A DNA stretch of 64,000 nt from Myxococcales bacterium (lineage in GTDB: Bacteria > Myxococcota_A > Polyangia > Polyangiales > DASUME01): assembly GCA_047601445.1 (NCBI GenBank), contig JASGJH010000001.1, positions 7,008,001 to 7,072,000 of the forward strand, in the 5' to 3' direction. Position numbers and translations under genes: made by a program. How positions within the stretch are numbered: position 1 is the first letter of the stretch; every line of letters starts with the position of its first letter. The notes beneath the pieces are model-generated. The model was not told the origin of the DNA. It did no database searches and saw only the letters and a list, made by a program, of their open reading frames with translations. Of the stretch, positions 20,808 through 29,967 are shown one piece after another.

Positions 20808-22706
20808 CTACTTTGCGAAGTAAGTGGCGTTGTCGAGCGAGATCTTGGGCGCGCTCGGGCTGTTGGCGTCGTTGCTGCAAGTCACGGCGTAGGGATCGAC
20901 GCCGGGCGCCAGTGCCAAGAAGCCGCGCTTCTCCACGGCCGCGTTCGCACGATCGGGACGACGCGAGTCCGTGTAGATGGCCTTCACGAGGTTCCACTGG
21001 GCATCGACCTGCTGCTGGGGCGTGATGGTCCCGGAGAGGGGGGCTCCCTGGTACGTGTACACGCTGGAGCTGCCGGTGCGGGATTCCGCGGACTCACCGA
21101 GGCTGTTGAAGCCCTTGAGGCTGCTCACGAACACGTAGCGCGAGAGGGCGTAGCTGCGGTCGCGGATCGTGGCGTAGTCGCTGGCGATGGGATCGTTGTT
21201 GAGGCTGAACACGCGCGGCTGGGTGACGCCCGCGGCAACCGTGTCCTTGTACACGGGCAACGCGCCGAAGCCGATGCTGTTGAGGTCGTTGGGTACGGCC
21301 GTGGTCAAGCACGCGACCTGCAGGTCCGAGGCAAGGGTCTGCGTGCAGCGCGTGGTGAACGGACGATTGCCCACGTTGGAGAGGCCGCGGTTGGTGGTGG
21401 CCAGGCGATAGAACGCGAGGGCCGGCGCGGTGGCGCTCGGCTTGATGTTGCCCGTGGCCGGATCGCGCAGAAACAGGTTGTGAACGCGCGGATCCTGCCG
21501 GCGGAACGCGGCGGGGACGCCGACGTTGCAGCAGCGCGACGCGGTGGGCAGGCCGTTGAAGGCGGTGTTGGTCTTGGCGCCCCACGCGATGGGCGTGTTG
21601 TCGCGGGTGCCGTCATCGCCGTTGAGCACGCCAAAGGCGGGCGCTGTAGAGGCCTGCGGAACCTGGCAGCCCGAGCCGAACTTCACGTTCCAGTTGAAGC
21701 GACGAGCTTCGGGAGAGTTCGGGTTCTCGAAGTGTGCGGGGACGGGGTAGCGGCAGTCGCAGCGCGTGAGATTGGAGAGCGTCGCGGGAGCTCCCGCGGC
21801 CAGGCCCGCGTATGCCGAGGCGGGCACGCCGAGGCTGGCCGACGAGGGGTCGATGGAGCTCGGACCGCCAGAGCACGCTTGGCCCTGGGCACCGGAGAAC
21901 TTTCCGAACGCAGCCGTGGAGGTACCGTTGGCGCCCGTGTAGAGATCGGGCAGGTTGTTGGAGAAGGTGGGCACCACGATGGGCAGCACCAGACCGAGCG
22001 TGCCGTCGGCCTCGGCGACCTGGTCGTTGGCGTCGGCGTAGCGACGGATCGGGTCGAGATCCTGGGCGTCGGTGCCGTTGCACCACTTCTGGTTGGTGCC
22101 GGGAATGCCTAGCAGGGCGATGAAGAGCTTGGCCGTCGCGCTCGCTTCACCGCGGCGATAGATGTGGCGGATCTGGGTGTTGGCGGGGACGCTCGAGCTG
22201 GCGAACAGGCTGCCGTAGTCAGCCGCCAAAGCGCGGCGCGCAGCGCTGTTGCAGTCCTGAGTTTGGTCGCGCAGATCATAGCCCGCGTAGAGCAGCGAGA
22301 GCGCGTTCTGCCAGGTGCCGTAGTTCGTGCCGATGGTGGGGTTGCCCTCCGGGAAGCGGTTCGGATGACCCACGTTCAAAATGCCATCGATGGCGAGCAC
22401 GATGTCTTGGGCATTGGGGTAGGTGCCGCACAGGCTGTCGCCGAGCTGCGCTGTGAAGAAGGCGATCACCTGGTTGCTGGTGGTGCTCTTCAAGGCCGTC
22501 TCGCCCGGGGTCTGACCGCCGCCCGCGTAGTCGAGGAACGAGCCGAGGTCCGCGTTGGCCGACAGCGCCGGATCCGCGAGGAACGCGGGCCGCACGACGG
22601 GCTCCCACGAGTCCGAGCCGGCCAGCCTGAGGAGCTGCGCGTCGGCCGCGAGCGGCACCGCGCTCAGCGCGGTCACCACGGAGATGAGTGATAGTCCTTT
22701 GTTCAT
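20808..22706 (-). CDS. Secreted divergent PstS/PBP-like substrate-binding protein with Cys-rich insertions
   Basis: Signal peptide; LRLAGSDS, YAGGG...GE, LAIDGI, YRRGEASATAKLF, SIGF, YALSRYVFV. Confidence 0.65.
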   Translation of the reverse strand: MNKGLSLISVVTALSAVPLAADAQLLRLAGSDSWEPVVRPAFLADPALSANADLGSFLDYAGGGQTPGETALKSTTSNQVIAFFTAQLGDSLCGTYPNAQDIVLAIDGILNVGHPNRFPEGNPTIGTNYGTWQNALSLLYAGYDLRDQTQDCNSAARRALAADYGSLFASSSVPANTQIRHIYRRGEASATAKLFIALLGIPGTNQKWCNGTDAQDLDPIRRYADANDQVAEADGTLGLVLPIVVPTFSNNLPDLYTGANGTSTAAFGKFSGAQGQACSGGPSSIDPSSASLGVPASAYAGLAAGAPATLSNLTRCDCRYPVPAHFENPNSPEARRFNWNVKFGSGCQVPQASTAPAFGVLNGDDGTRDNTPIAWGAKTNTAFNGLPTASRCCNVGVPAAFRRQDPRVHNLFLRDPATGNIKPSATAPALAFYRLATTNRGLSNVGNRPFTTRCTQTLASDLQVACLTTAVPNDLNSIGFGALPVYKDTVAAGVTQPRVFSLNNDPIASDYATIRDRSYALSRYVFVSSLKGFNSLGESAESRTGSSSVYTYQGAPLSGTITPQQQVDAQWNLVKAIYTDSRRPDRANAAVEKRGFLALAPGVDPYAVTCSNDANSPSAPKISLDNATYFAK

Positions 22707-22755
22707 TGCATTCCTACTCTCTGTTGAGACGTTTCCTTCGGATTGAACTCAGCGC

Positions 22756-23724
22756 CTACGGCGTCGCCACGAGCGGTGCGCGTCGCAGGCGACGAAGCGT
22801 GAACACCAGCAGCAAGAGCGCGCCGAGCCCGCCCACCGCGAGCCAGCGTGTGAGCGGCTGCTCGCCCAGCTCGTACAGGGCGCGTTGCCAGGGCGAGCTA
22901 ACCTCGGCGGTGACGCGCGCCATGACCTCGACTGCGTCTGGCTTCATGGAGCTATGCCGAGCACGCTCGACGATCTGCGCCGCCCCCGCATAGTCCTGCT
23001 CCTGCATGGCCAGCGTCCACTCGTAGCCGAGGGTCTTGGCCTGGTTGGGGGCCGTGCCGCGCAGCGTTTCGAGGCAAGCACGCAGGCGCCCCGTATCGCG
23101 CACGCGAACGCCGACGTCGCAACGCAGCTGCGCCACGAGCGTCGGATCCACCTTCGCCTGCTCGAGATGCTTCAGCACCGCATCGAGGTCGTTCAGGCGC
23201 GAGGTCGGCACGGCTCCCGGCTGAACCAACGCCAGGCGCACGTAGCGCATGTAGTCGTCCACCACCACGCCGGGCTTGGTCAAGGCCATGGCGCAGGCCG
23301 AAAGACCGCGCGCCTTGTCGTCGCCCTCTTCGTAGGCCTGGCAGAGCTTCGAGAAGCCTGCCGCGACGCCAGGGACCGCCAGTGTGATCGCACGCAGATA
23401 CTTGGCGGCTTGCGCATGATCTCCGCGTTGACTCGCGCGGTCGGAGCGCTCTGCAAGTTCCATCAGATAGTTCGCGAAATCGATCGGGGCCGCGTTGCGC
23501 TCGGCCTCGCTCGGCACGGCGATCTCGGCCGCGCCGTCGTCGATGGGGAAACCGGTCACGAACAGCGAGTCGCCCATCCGCCGGGCCTCTTCGGGAGACT
23601 CCGTGGGCAGGATCTGGGCGTTTTGGGCGCCCGACGAACTCGCTGACCACGCCTGGCAGAGCACGAGTAGCGGCAACAGAAGAGACCGCCAACGACGAAC
23701 ATCGATCGAACTGCGCTTGAACAT
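22756..23724 (-). CDS. Exported TPR-like protein with C-terminal TM anchor
   Basis: Signal peptide, helical repeats (GDHAQAAKYLRA...FSKLCQAYE), hydrophobic C-terminus followed by RRLRR. Confidence 0.7.
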   Translation of the reverse strand: MFKRSSIDVRRWRSLLLPLLVLCQAWSASSSGAQNAQILPTESPEEARRMGDSLFVTGFPIDDGAAEIAVPSEAERNAAPIDFANYLMELAERSDRASQRGDHAQAAKYLRAITLAVPGVAAGFSKLCQAYEEGDDKARGLSACAMALTKPGVVVDDYMRYVRLALVQPGAVPTSRLNDLDAVLKHLEQAKVDPTLVAQLRCDVGVRVRDTGRLRACLETLRGTAPNQAKTLGYEWTLAMQEQDYAGAAQIVERARHSSMKPDAVEVMARVTAEVSSPWQRALYELGEQPLTRWLAVGGLGALLLLVFTLRRLRRAPLVATP

Positions 23725-23740
23725 CGTGACATCACCTCAT

Positions 23741-24508
23741 TCAGAAGAAGCACTGCGTGGGGCAGAAGATTCCATCACCTTCGATCACCATCTCGGCGAG
23801 CCCGATCGGGTAGGTCGGATCCAAAAAGCGGTTCTGCACTTCTTTGATGCCGTCCATTTCGGCCTCCGAGGCCGCGGTGATCTCGCGCACACAGGCGCCA
23901 GCCGCGTCTGCGAGCGGTGTCGTCAAGCACGTGGTGGACTCCACGCCGGGGCCGCAGAGGCAATCGGTGAGGTACACCGTTCCGCTCTCGTCGGGTTTGG
24001 TGCATCCAGTGCGCCAAATGCACTTGAGCAGGTCAGTGCAGAGCACCGAGCGCTTGCGCCCGGCTCCGATGCCCATTTCAGCCTTGCCTTCCATGGCGAG
24101 GCACGCCGCGCGCGCGTGATAGTAGGCGCTCTCGGGATTGATCGTCTCTTCGCAGGACGCGCACTCGAGGGGATCGCCGAACGGTCCCTTGGTGGGGTCG
24201 TTCCCTGCGTCCGATCCGGCGTCGTCCTCGGACTGCGACGCGTCGATAGCAGAAAGCCACGATCCACCGGTGCCGCCGTCGAAGAACTCGTCGGAGACCA
24301 CGTCGGCATCCACCTCGGGGCTGGCGGCATCGCCCGCATCCGGCTTGCCCGCGTCCAGTCCGCCCGCATCGCTCGGCGGGAAGACACAGAGGGCTTGATT
24401 CGGACCTGCCATGGGTTCTGCACCACAGCCCAGGGCGAGCAGAGCCAGCCCGCTGCCGAGGCGCGCGACGCGAAGCGTGAAGAGGTGCCGGTTTCCATGA
24501 AGGGTCAT
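23741..24508 (-). CDS. Cys-rich lipoprotein (paralogous C-terminal domain with 24622-26016)
   Basis: LALG-C lipobox, DAG linker, C..CE...C...C..TGC...DC.CG.GVE.TTC...G.C...NRF.DPTY.IG. Confidence 0.8.
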   Translation of the reverse strand: MTLHGNRHLFTLRVARLGSGLALLALGCGAEPMAGPNQALCVFPPSDAGGLDAGKPDAGDAASPEVDADVVSDEFFDGGTGGSWLSAIDASQSEDDAGSDAGNDPTKGPFGDPLECASCEETINPESAYYHARAACLAMEGKAEMGIGAGRKRSVLCTDLLKCIWRTGCTKPDESGTVYLTDCLCGPGVESTTCLTTPLADAAGACVREITAASEAEMDGIKEVQNRFLDPTYPIGLAEMVIEGDGIFCPTQCFF

Positions 24509-24621
24509 CGGGAACAGAGGTGCCAAGCGGTGTTGGAGCTTCTCGCAAGGGGCCTTCCGGGGAAGGAAGGTCGCTCGCGAGAAGGCGCGACGCCATAGAT
24601 GACGTCGCGCTCAGGTATCGC

Positions 24622-26016
24622 TCAGGGCGCCAAGCAGACGTCGACGCACGAGAACTGGTCGCAACCTTCGATCACGGAGTCCGCTGCGCCGATGGCGTAG
24701 GTCGGATCGGTGAAGCGGTTGTTGATGTCGGTGATGCTCTCGGACTCCGCACCCGCGGCGACCTGCTGCTTGCAGGGACCGGTGGCGGCGGCGTAGGTCG
24801 AGCCGAAGCAGGTGGTAGGTTCGACGCCGATGCCGCAGAAGCAGTCGGACACGAAGATGTTGCCGCCGTTGTCCGGCGCTGCGCAACCCGAGGTGTGCAC
24901 GCAATCCAGGATCGCCTTGAAGATCTCGGCGCGTGGCTTGCCCGAATAGGAGTTGCCCGCGATGGCCGTACCGGAGCCCGTGAGCGCGAGGCCAGCGGCG
25001 TAGCTGTCCGGGCAGCTGGGTTCGCCGTTGTGTTGCTGCGTTTCGCAGGCGGTGCAAGCGGCGAGCGGATCGGGCGGATTGCCGGTGGTGGTTCCAGTGG
25101 TGCCCGTCGTGGTGCCGGTGGTTCCGGTCGTGTCCGTCGTGGTTCCAGTGGTGCCCGTCGTGGTGCCGGTGGTTCCGGTCGTGTCCGTCGTGGTTCCAGT
25201 GGTGCCCGTCGTGGTGCCGGTGGTTCCGGTGGTCGTTCCGGTGGTTCCAGTGGTCGTTCCGGTGGTTCCAGTGGTCGTTCCGGTGGTTCCGCCCGCCGTG
25301 GTCACCGTAATGGTGAAGGGATAGGGGTCGCTCGTCGTGTCGCCGTCCGACACCACCAAGGTCACCGTCGTGGTCCCGGTGGCCGTGCCCGTGAAGGTCG
25401 CGGTCGGGTAGCCCGTGGTCACATCGCCGCCTGCGCTGGAGGTCCAGGTGTAGGTCAGCGCGCCGGGCTGGTTGTCGGGATCGTTCGCGGTGGCGACTAG
25501 CTGTGTGGTGCCGCCGAGGACGACGCTCGGCTTCAACGTCACGATGGACGAGATGACCGGCGCCACGTTGGCGTCACCGTTGACCAGCAGGGAGCCGCCC
25601 GTCACCGCCGGACCGCGGAAGATCAGGTGTACCGAGACCGTGGTCTGGTTGCGTGCGGTGATGCTGAAGGTGGCCGTGCCGGCGCCCTTCGTGACCCCGT
25701 CGGTGGCCGTCGCCGTGAGGTTCAAGGTGTAGTTCTGGCCCGCCGGGATGGGGCTGATCACGTGGGAGAACGTGTTGCCCGTGCCGGCCACGGAAAACGT
25801 CCCGGTGAGCGGCGCGGCGAGGCCACCGCCGGTGATGGTATAGGCGACGCTGTCGACGGTGACGTTGCCCGTGACGAGCCGGAGCTCGGCGCCGCCCACC
25901 TCGTGCTGAGCCTGCTCGGCGCTTGCATCTTCGCTGCTGCAGCCAACCAGCCCGACGCTGCCGTACGCTGCGGCGAGCGAGAAGATGATTGCACTGCGGA
26001 TCGATCTATTCTTCAC
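24622..26016 (-). CDS. Lipoprotein with Ig-like domains, Gly/Thr repeat linker and Cys-rich C-terminal domain
   Basis: AAGGAGG RBS before GTG 26016; LVG-C lipobox; ATANDPD...LTYTWTS...VTLVVSDGD Ig/PKD-like domain. Confidence 0.85.
   Translation of the reverse strand: MKNRSIRSAIIFSLAAAYGSVGLVGCSSEDASAEQAQHEVGGAELRLVTGNVTVDSVAYTITGGGLAAPLTGTFSVAGTGNTFSHVISPIPAGQNYTLNLTATATDGVTKGAGTATFSITARNQTTVSVHLIFRGPAVTGGSLLVNGDANVAPVISSIVTLKPSVVLGGTTQLVATANDPDNQPGALTYTWTSSAGGDVTTGYPTATFTGTATGTTTVTLVVSDGDTTSDPYPFTITVTTAGGTTGTTTGTTGTTTGTTGTTTGTTGTTTGTTGTTTDTTGTTGTTTGTTGTTTDTTGTTGTTTGTTGTTTGNPPDPLAACTACETQQHNGEPSCPDSYAAGLALTGSGTAIAGNSYSGKPRAEIFKAILDCVHTSGCAAPDNGGNIFVSDCFCGIGVEPTTCFGSTYAAATGPCKQQVAAGAESESITDINNRFTDPTYAIGAADSVIEGCDQFSCVDVCLAP
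25081..25290. repeat. Tandem repeat encoding a (GTTTGTT)n linker
   Basis: Repeated GTGGT/GTCGT/TCCGGT units; protein TTGTTTGTTGTTT... Confidence 0.9.
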
Positions 26017-26142
26017 AAGTATCCTCCTTGCGAGCGTGCGCATCCGCTTGCCAGCGCACTCCAACCCGTTGCGCTGGGCGCATACGGACTCGAGTGCGTT
26101 GGTGTTGGCCGTCGCTCTTCGTCTTGCTGCGCCGAGCGCTAC

Positions 26143-26157
26143 GCAACCTGTGTGCCA
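26143..26157 (-). promoter_or_regulatory. sigma54 -24/-12 promoter of the lipoprotein-PstS-like-cytochrome operon
   Basis: Minus strand TGGCAC-ACAGG-TTGC, an exact match to the TGGCAC-N5-TTGC consensus. Confidence 0.8.
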
Positions 26158-26221
26158 TGGGAAGAGATGTGAGAATTGCCGTGAAAATGGCCTCGCTGTC
26201 GCCGAGGTCGGCGTCGCAGTC

Positions 26222-26298
26222 TGCTCATGAATGAGCAAGCTCTGCTGCTGACTGCTGATTGGTGAGCAATGCGATGTCCGATTGCAGACGCACTGACA
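26222..26298. promoter_or_regulatory. Three phased upstream activator sites TGC-N10-(G/A)CA
   Basis: TGCTCATGAATGAGCA (26222), TGCTGATTGGTGAGCA (26253), TGCAGACGCACTGACA (26283); spacing 31 and 30 bp. Confidence 0.65.
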
Positions 26299-26438
26299 AT
26301 CGCTCGCGTCGTCGAGCGATCTGCAGTCCCGGATCACGCGCGTACGTGCTGACGTCACGCCGTTAACGGCCCGAGCGCCGCGCTCGCTGCTGGAGCGTGC
26401 GTGGACTCGAACCTCGATGGTGTGCGCCGAAGGCCGCT

Positions 26439-27570
26439 CTACTTGCCGTCTTCCTCTGCACTCGAACGACGAGTGGTGCCGGCAATTTCGCCCTGTTCGA
26501 TCAAGCGCGCGCGAACCACGTTGCGACTCAAGCCCAACAAGCGCGATGTCTGGAGCTGATTCCTTCCGCAGTACTCGTGGGCCACGCTCACCAAGCGACG
26601 CTCGATGTAGTGATGGAGGTGTTCGATGTTCTTCTCGAACAGACGGTGCAGGGCCTCTTCGAGCAGCGCGTCGGCGTCGTTGCGCTCGATGAGATTCCGA
26701 CCCCTGCGCAGCTTCCAGCGGCTTCACGCTGCGAGGCGGCGCGGCTCTCCTGAGGTTCAGTTGTGGCTCGTCGATGCTGTCTCCATCACGCACGAGGACC
26801 GCGTGATGGATGACGTTCTCGAGCTCGCGGATGTTGCCTGGCCAGCTGTGCTCCAGGAGCGCGCAGCAGGCCGCGGGAGCGAGCGTGAGTGGACCTGCAC
26901 CCACGGCTTCTCCATAGAGATTCAGAAAGTGTTCGGCCAGCGGGAGAATGTCCCGGGGACGCTCACGCAGGGGCGGAACCACGACGCTGGCGACGCTGAG
27001 TCGATAAAAGAGGTCCGAACGGAAGCGCCCCGCCGCCACGGCCTCTTCCAGGTTGACGTTGGTCGCCGTGATCAACCGGAAGTCCACCGCCACGGTGGTG
27101 CTCGATCCGAGCCGCACGATTTCGCGTTCCTGCAGCGCGCGCAGCAGCTTTACCTGCGCGGCCATGGAGAGGTCGCCCACTTCGTCGAGAAAGAGCGTCC
27201 CGCCGCGGGCGGCCTCGAACCAGCCCGTCTTGGCGCTCGTCGCGCCGGTGAAGGCCCCACGCTCGTGACCAAACAGCTCACTCTCCACCAGGGACTCGGT
27301 CAGCGCACCGCAGTTCACCGCTACGAAGGGGCCGCCGCTGCGGTTGCTCAGGCGATGGACGAGCCGCGCCGCCAGCTCCTTCCCGGTACCGGTCTCTCCA
27401 CACAGCATCACGCTGGCGTTGCTCGGCGCCACCAGCTCCAGGCGCCGCAGCAGCGCAGCCGATCGTTCGTCGGCAAACAGCAGGGCTCGCGCGCGTGCGT
27501 TTTCACCCGTGGCAGGAGCCGGGACGGTGCGGGTCTGAGGGTCCGCATCGTCGCGGAATTTGACGGGCAT
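26439..27570 (-). pseudogene. SfnR-like sigma54-dependent activator without sensor domain; net +1 frameshift near 26700 separates the HTH (real lesion or sequencing error)
   Basis: [45 protein letters not shown]. The HTH (...[28 protein letters not shown]...) continues in another frame to TAG at 26441-26439. Confidence 0.85.
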
Positions 27571-27612
27571 GAGAGTTCGCATTCCAGACGGGGCCGGCAC
27601 GGACGCGCGCTA

Positions 27613-27628
27613 TGCAAGAGCGGAACCA
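27613..27628 (-). promoter_or_regulatory. Possible sigma54 promoter of the activator gene
   Basis: TGGTTC-CGCTC-TTGCA with correct spacing; a TGC-N10-GCA site lies at 27710-27725. Confidence 0.4.
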
Positions 27629-27780
27629 TCGTCTGCTGTCAGGTGCTCGACCGTAGGAAAGGAGCAGAAACTTCGATCGAAAGGATCCGGTTGGAGAAGA
27701 CATGGGCCGTGCCGGGGCAAGGGCAGACCTCTTCGCTTGTGGACAGTCAAGGGAAGCCCGTGACGGGCCAGGGGGGGGCC

Positions 27781-28800
27781 CTAGCGCAGCTCACCTGGCC
27801 GCCCGTGCTCGACCACGGGGGAAGACGGCTGAATCAGGTTTTCGTTGCGCGTTCTAAATTCGCGTCTCTTGCCGAACTGCTGAATGAACTTGGCGCACTC
27901 ACGGACATCGTCTGCAGTCACGTGCGCTGCCCAGCCGACCAGCATGATCCACTCGAACAGGTAGATGTTCATGGCGTACTCGATGCCCAGGTGAAGCATC
28001 AAGATGGCGAGCAGGGCCAGGCGTCGTGTCTCCCGAAACCACACGAGCAACGGAGCCAGGATCTCGAGCAGCAATGAACCCCAGGTGGTCAGCCGGGAGA
28101 ACAGCAAGGACTCACGCAGGAAGTCCGGGATGGGCCCGTGCATCGCGAAGTCGTCGAGGTGGAGGATGAAGTACATCGCGGTCCCCTCGCGCCACATCGT
28201 TCCGCTCAGCTTCTCCACGCCAGCCGACCACAGCAGGGCAGCCATTTGAACCTGCACCAGACGCAAGCACCAGCCATCCACTTCCGTGGCCACTGCAAGG
28301 CCGCGCCTGCGCCGCACGAACGCGTCCAGGGACCAGACCTCCGACGAGCGCATGAAGATGGTCAAGAACAACAGAATACGGAAGATCTTGTCGCCTCCGT
28401 CGAGGATCATCGCGTTGCGAAAGTCGAAGCTCACTGCCCACACGAACACGCAGATCGCTTGCAGTCGAGTCGCCGCGCCCAGCGCCAGTAAGACTCCCTG
28501 TCCGAGCGCGATGGCCCAACACGTCCAAACCACGTTCGGCGTGCTCGGCAGCCAGTCCAGCAGACTCAAGGTCCCTGCGGGGGCAAACAGCTTGCGCTGG
28601 GTTAGCGGGAGCACTCCGCCGTCGGTCCACCACATGTCCACGTGGGGGATGGCGAGCAGAAGGTCGAGCACGAAGAGGCTAGCGAGAGCGATGCGATGAA
28701 AGGCGAGCCGGCGTGCGTCCACCGAGGCGTGTAGCCAGCGGTCGAGGGCCCTTCCGAGCTCCATCAGGGCCGGGAGATCGTCCTGTGCACGAGCGGTCAC
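27781..28800 (-). CDS. HTTM domain (vitamin K-dependent gamma-carboxylase-like / SdpB-like) membrane protein
   Basis: FHRIALA, WTDGGVLP, RNAMILDGGD, WSLDA, LRLVQVQM..L.SAG.EKL.G..W.EGTA, LHLGIEYAMNIYLFEWIM. GTGA overlap. Confidence 0.88.
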   Translation of the reverse strand: MTARAQDDLPALMELGRALDRWLHASVDARRLAFHRIALASLFVLDLLLAIPHVDMWWTDGGVLPLTQRKLFAPAGTLSLLDWLPSTPNVVWTCWAIALGQGVLLALGAATRLQAICVFVWAVSFDFRNAMILDGGDKIFRILLFLTIFMRSSEVWSLDAFVRRRRGLAVATEVDGWCLRLVQVQMAALLWSAGVEKLSGTMWREGTAMYFILHLDDFAMHGPIPDFLRESLLFSRLTTWGSLLLEILAPLLVWFRETRRLALLAILMLHLGIEYAMNIYLFEWIMLVGWAAHVTADDVRECAKFIQQFGKRREFRTRNENLIQPSSPVVEHGRPGELR

Positions 28801-29381
28801 GGCAGGACCTCCACGTGAAAGAGATACTGATGAGGAAATACGGTTTGCCCGGGGATCGCGCGCCCGAAGTAGTTCGGTGCGCCCGGATTCGGGACGTCCC
28901 ACCAGTGACGGACCAGCTCCACCCGGGCCGGCACCAAACCCCGCTCGGGTCGTGCTAGCCGGGAGGCTGCGAAGCGAGCCAGCGCTGGCCACAACACACG
29001 CGAATCGTCGCGACGCAGCGCGTCCCACCACTTGGCGTGACGCCCCTGGAGGATTTCATCGCCCGCGCTTTGCTGCTCCCAGTCCGGACTCTTCCAGCTT
29101 CCGCTCTCGCCGTTGCGGAAGGTGACCTTGGCTTCGATCCAGGCGTTGGTGCGCTTGGGGTCGGGAGCAAAAAGCTTCCAGTCACCTTGCCAGAGTCCCA
29201 GTGGGTAGAGGACTTGGCCGCATAGCTGGCGCAAGCTCGTGCGCGCGGGGGAGTCACCGGGCAGAGCATCCTGCAGCAGCGCGCCCATGAGCAGCACGGC
29301 AAAGCCGTTGATTAGCCAACGCTCAAAGCGTGCCTTGGCGCCGCGCGCGAGCGAGAGATTCGCGAGTTCTGGGGTCGACAC
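28797..29381 (-). CDS. HTTM partner protein (DUF5819 / SdpA-like)
   Basis: N-terminal TM, GLWQGDWKLFAPDP motif, coupled to the HTTM gene. Confidence 0.7.
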   Translation of the reverse strand: MSTPELANLSLARGAKARFERWLINGFAVLLMGALLQDALPGDSPARTSLRQLCGQVLYPLGLWQGDWKLFAPDPKRTNAWIEAKVTFRNGESGSWKSPDWEQQSAGDEILQGRHAKWWDALRRDDSRVLWPALARFAASRLARPERGLVPARVELVRHWWDVPNPGAPNYFGRAIPGQTVFPHQYLFHVEVLP

Positions 29382-29394
29382 GCGCCCAGCGCTG

Positions 29395-29410
29395 AGCAAG
29401 CAACATGCCA
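29395..29410 (-). promoter_or_regulatory. sigma54 -24/-12 promoter of the DUF5819-like/HTTM pair
   Basis: Minus strand TGGCAT-GTTGC-TTGCT. Confidence 0.65.
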
Positions 29411-29467
29411 GGAGTGGCTAAGAACACGGCCGAGGGGGGCTCCGCCGAGCCCGGCACGCCGCGGAAG

Positions 29468-29803
29468 TCAGGACCCATTCGAACAGGCGCCGCGGTCGGC
29501 CCCCAGGGGCGGGGAGCAGTAGCAATGATCGTCCACGACGCACTGGCAGCCCGCCTTGACGTCCTCCGTGCAATAGCCCTCGAGCCAGTCGACGCAGGCT
29601 GCAAGCGTGGTGAAGTGCGTGGGGGTGTCACGGGCCGCGAGCTCCTCGTCCGTGGGACACTCGCCGTCGGGGTTCCAATACTCCCCGTCGACGCAAGCCC
29701 AGACGGGCAACATGCGCTGATAGCGCTCGCAGGCGCTCGGAGGGTCGTCTCCGCCGCATCCGAGCAGGGTGGCGAGCAGTGTCCAACCAAGGGCGCGCTT
29801 CAT
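29468..29803 (-). CDS. Small Cys-rich lipoprotein
   Basis: GGAGG RBS; MKRALGWTLLATLLG-C lipobox; 10 further Cys. Confidence 0.75.
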   Translation of the reverse strand: MKRALGWTLLATLLGCGGDDPPSACERYQRMLPVWACVDGEYWNPDGECPTDEELAARDTPTHFTTLAACVDWLEGYCTEDVKAGCQCVVDDHCYCSPPLGADRGACSNGS

Positions 29804-29967
29804 GTAATCGTGTGCCTCCCGGCCTTTGAAGCCGTGGGCCGAGTGTAAGGCACGTCTCTGGCCGTGGTGCGGTGGTCACCCTGGATGCGCATCGAGCGCG
29901 GGTCATCGGTTGGCCCGCGACCTGGCCACGGCCTAGCTGCGGAGCGGCTCGCGCTTATCTCTCTCTG

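Noticed and set aside
20716..20997. N-terminal extension of the cytochrome ORF
   Set aside because: It overlaps the upstream gene and is Arg-rich shadow sequence; the signal peptide begins near 20715-20700.
24622..27600. 992-aa sigma54 activator-lipoprotein fusion ORF
   Set aside because: The middle is non-coding in that frame: it contains the out-of-frame HTH, enhancer sites, a promoter and a strong RBS with a signal peptide start. It is two genes.
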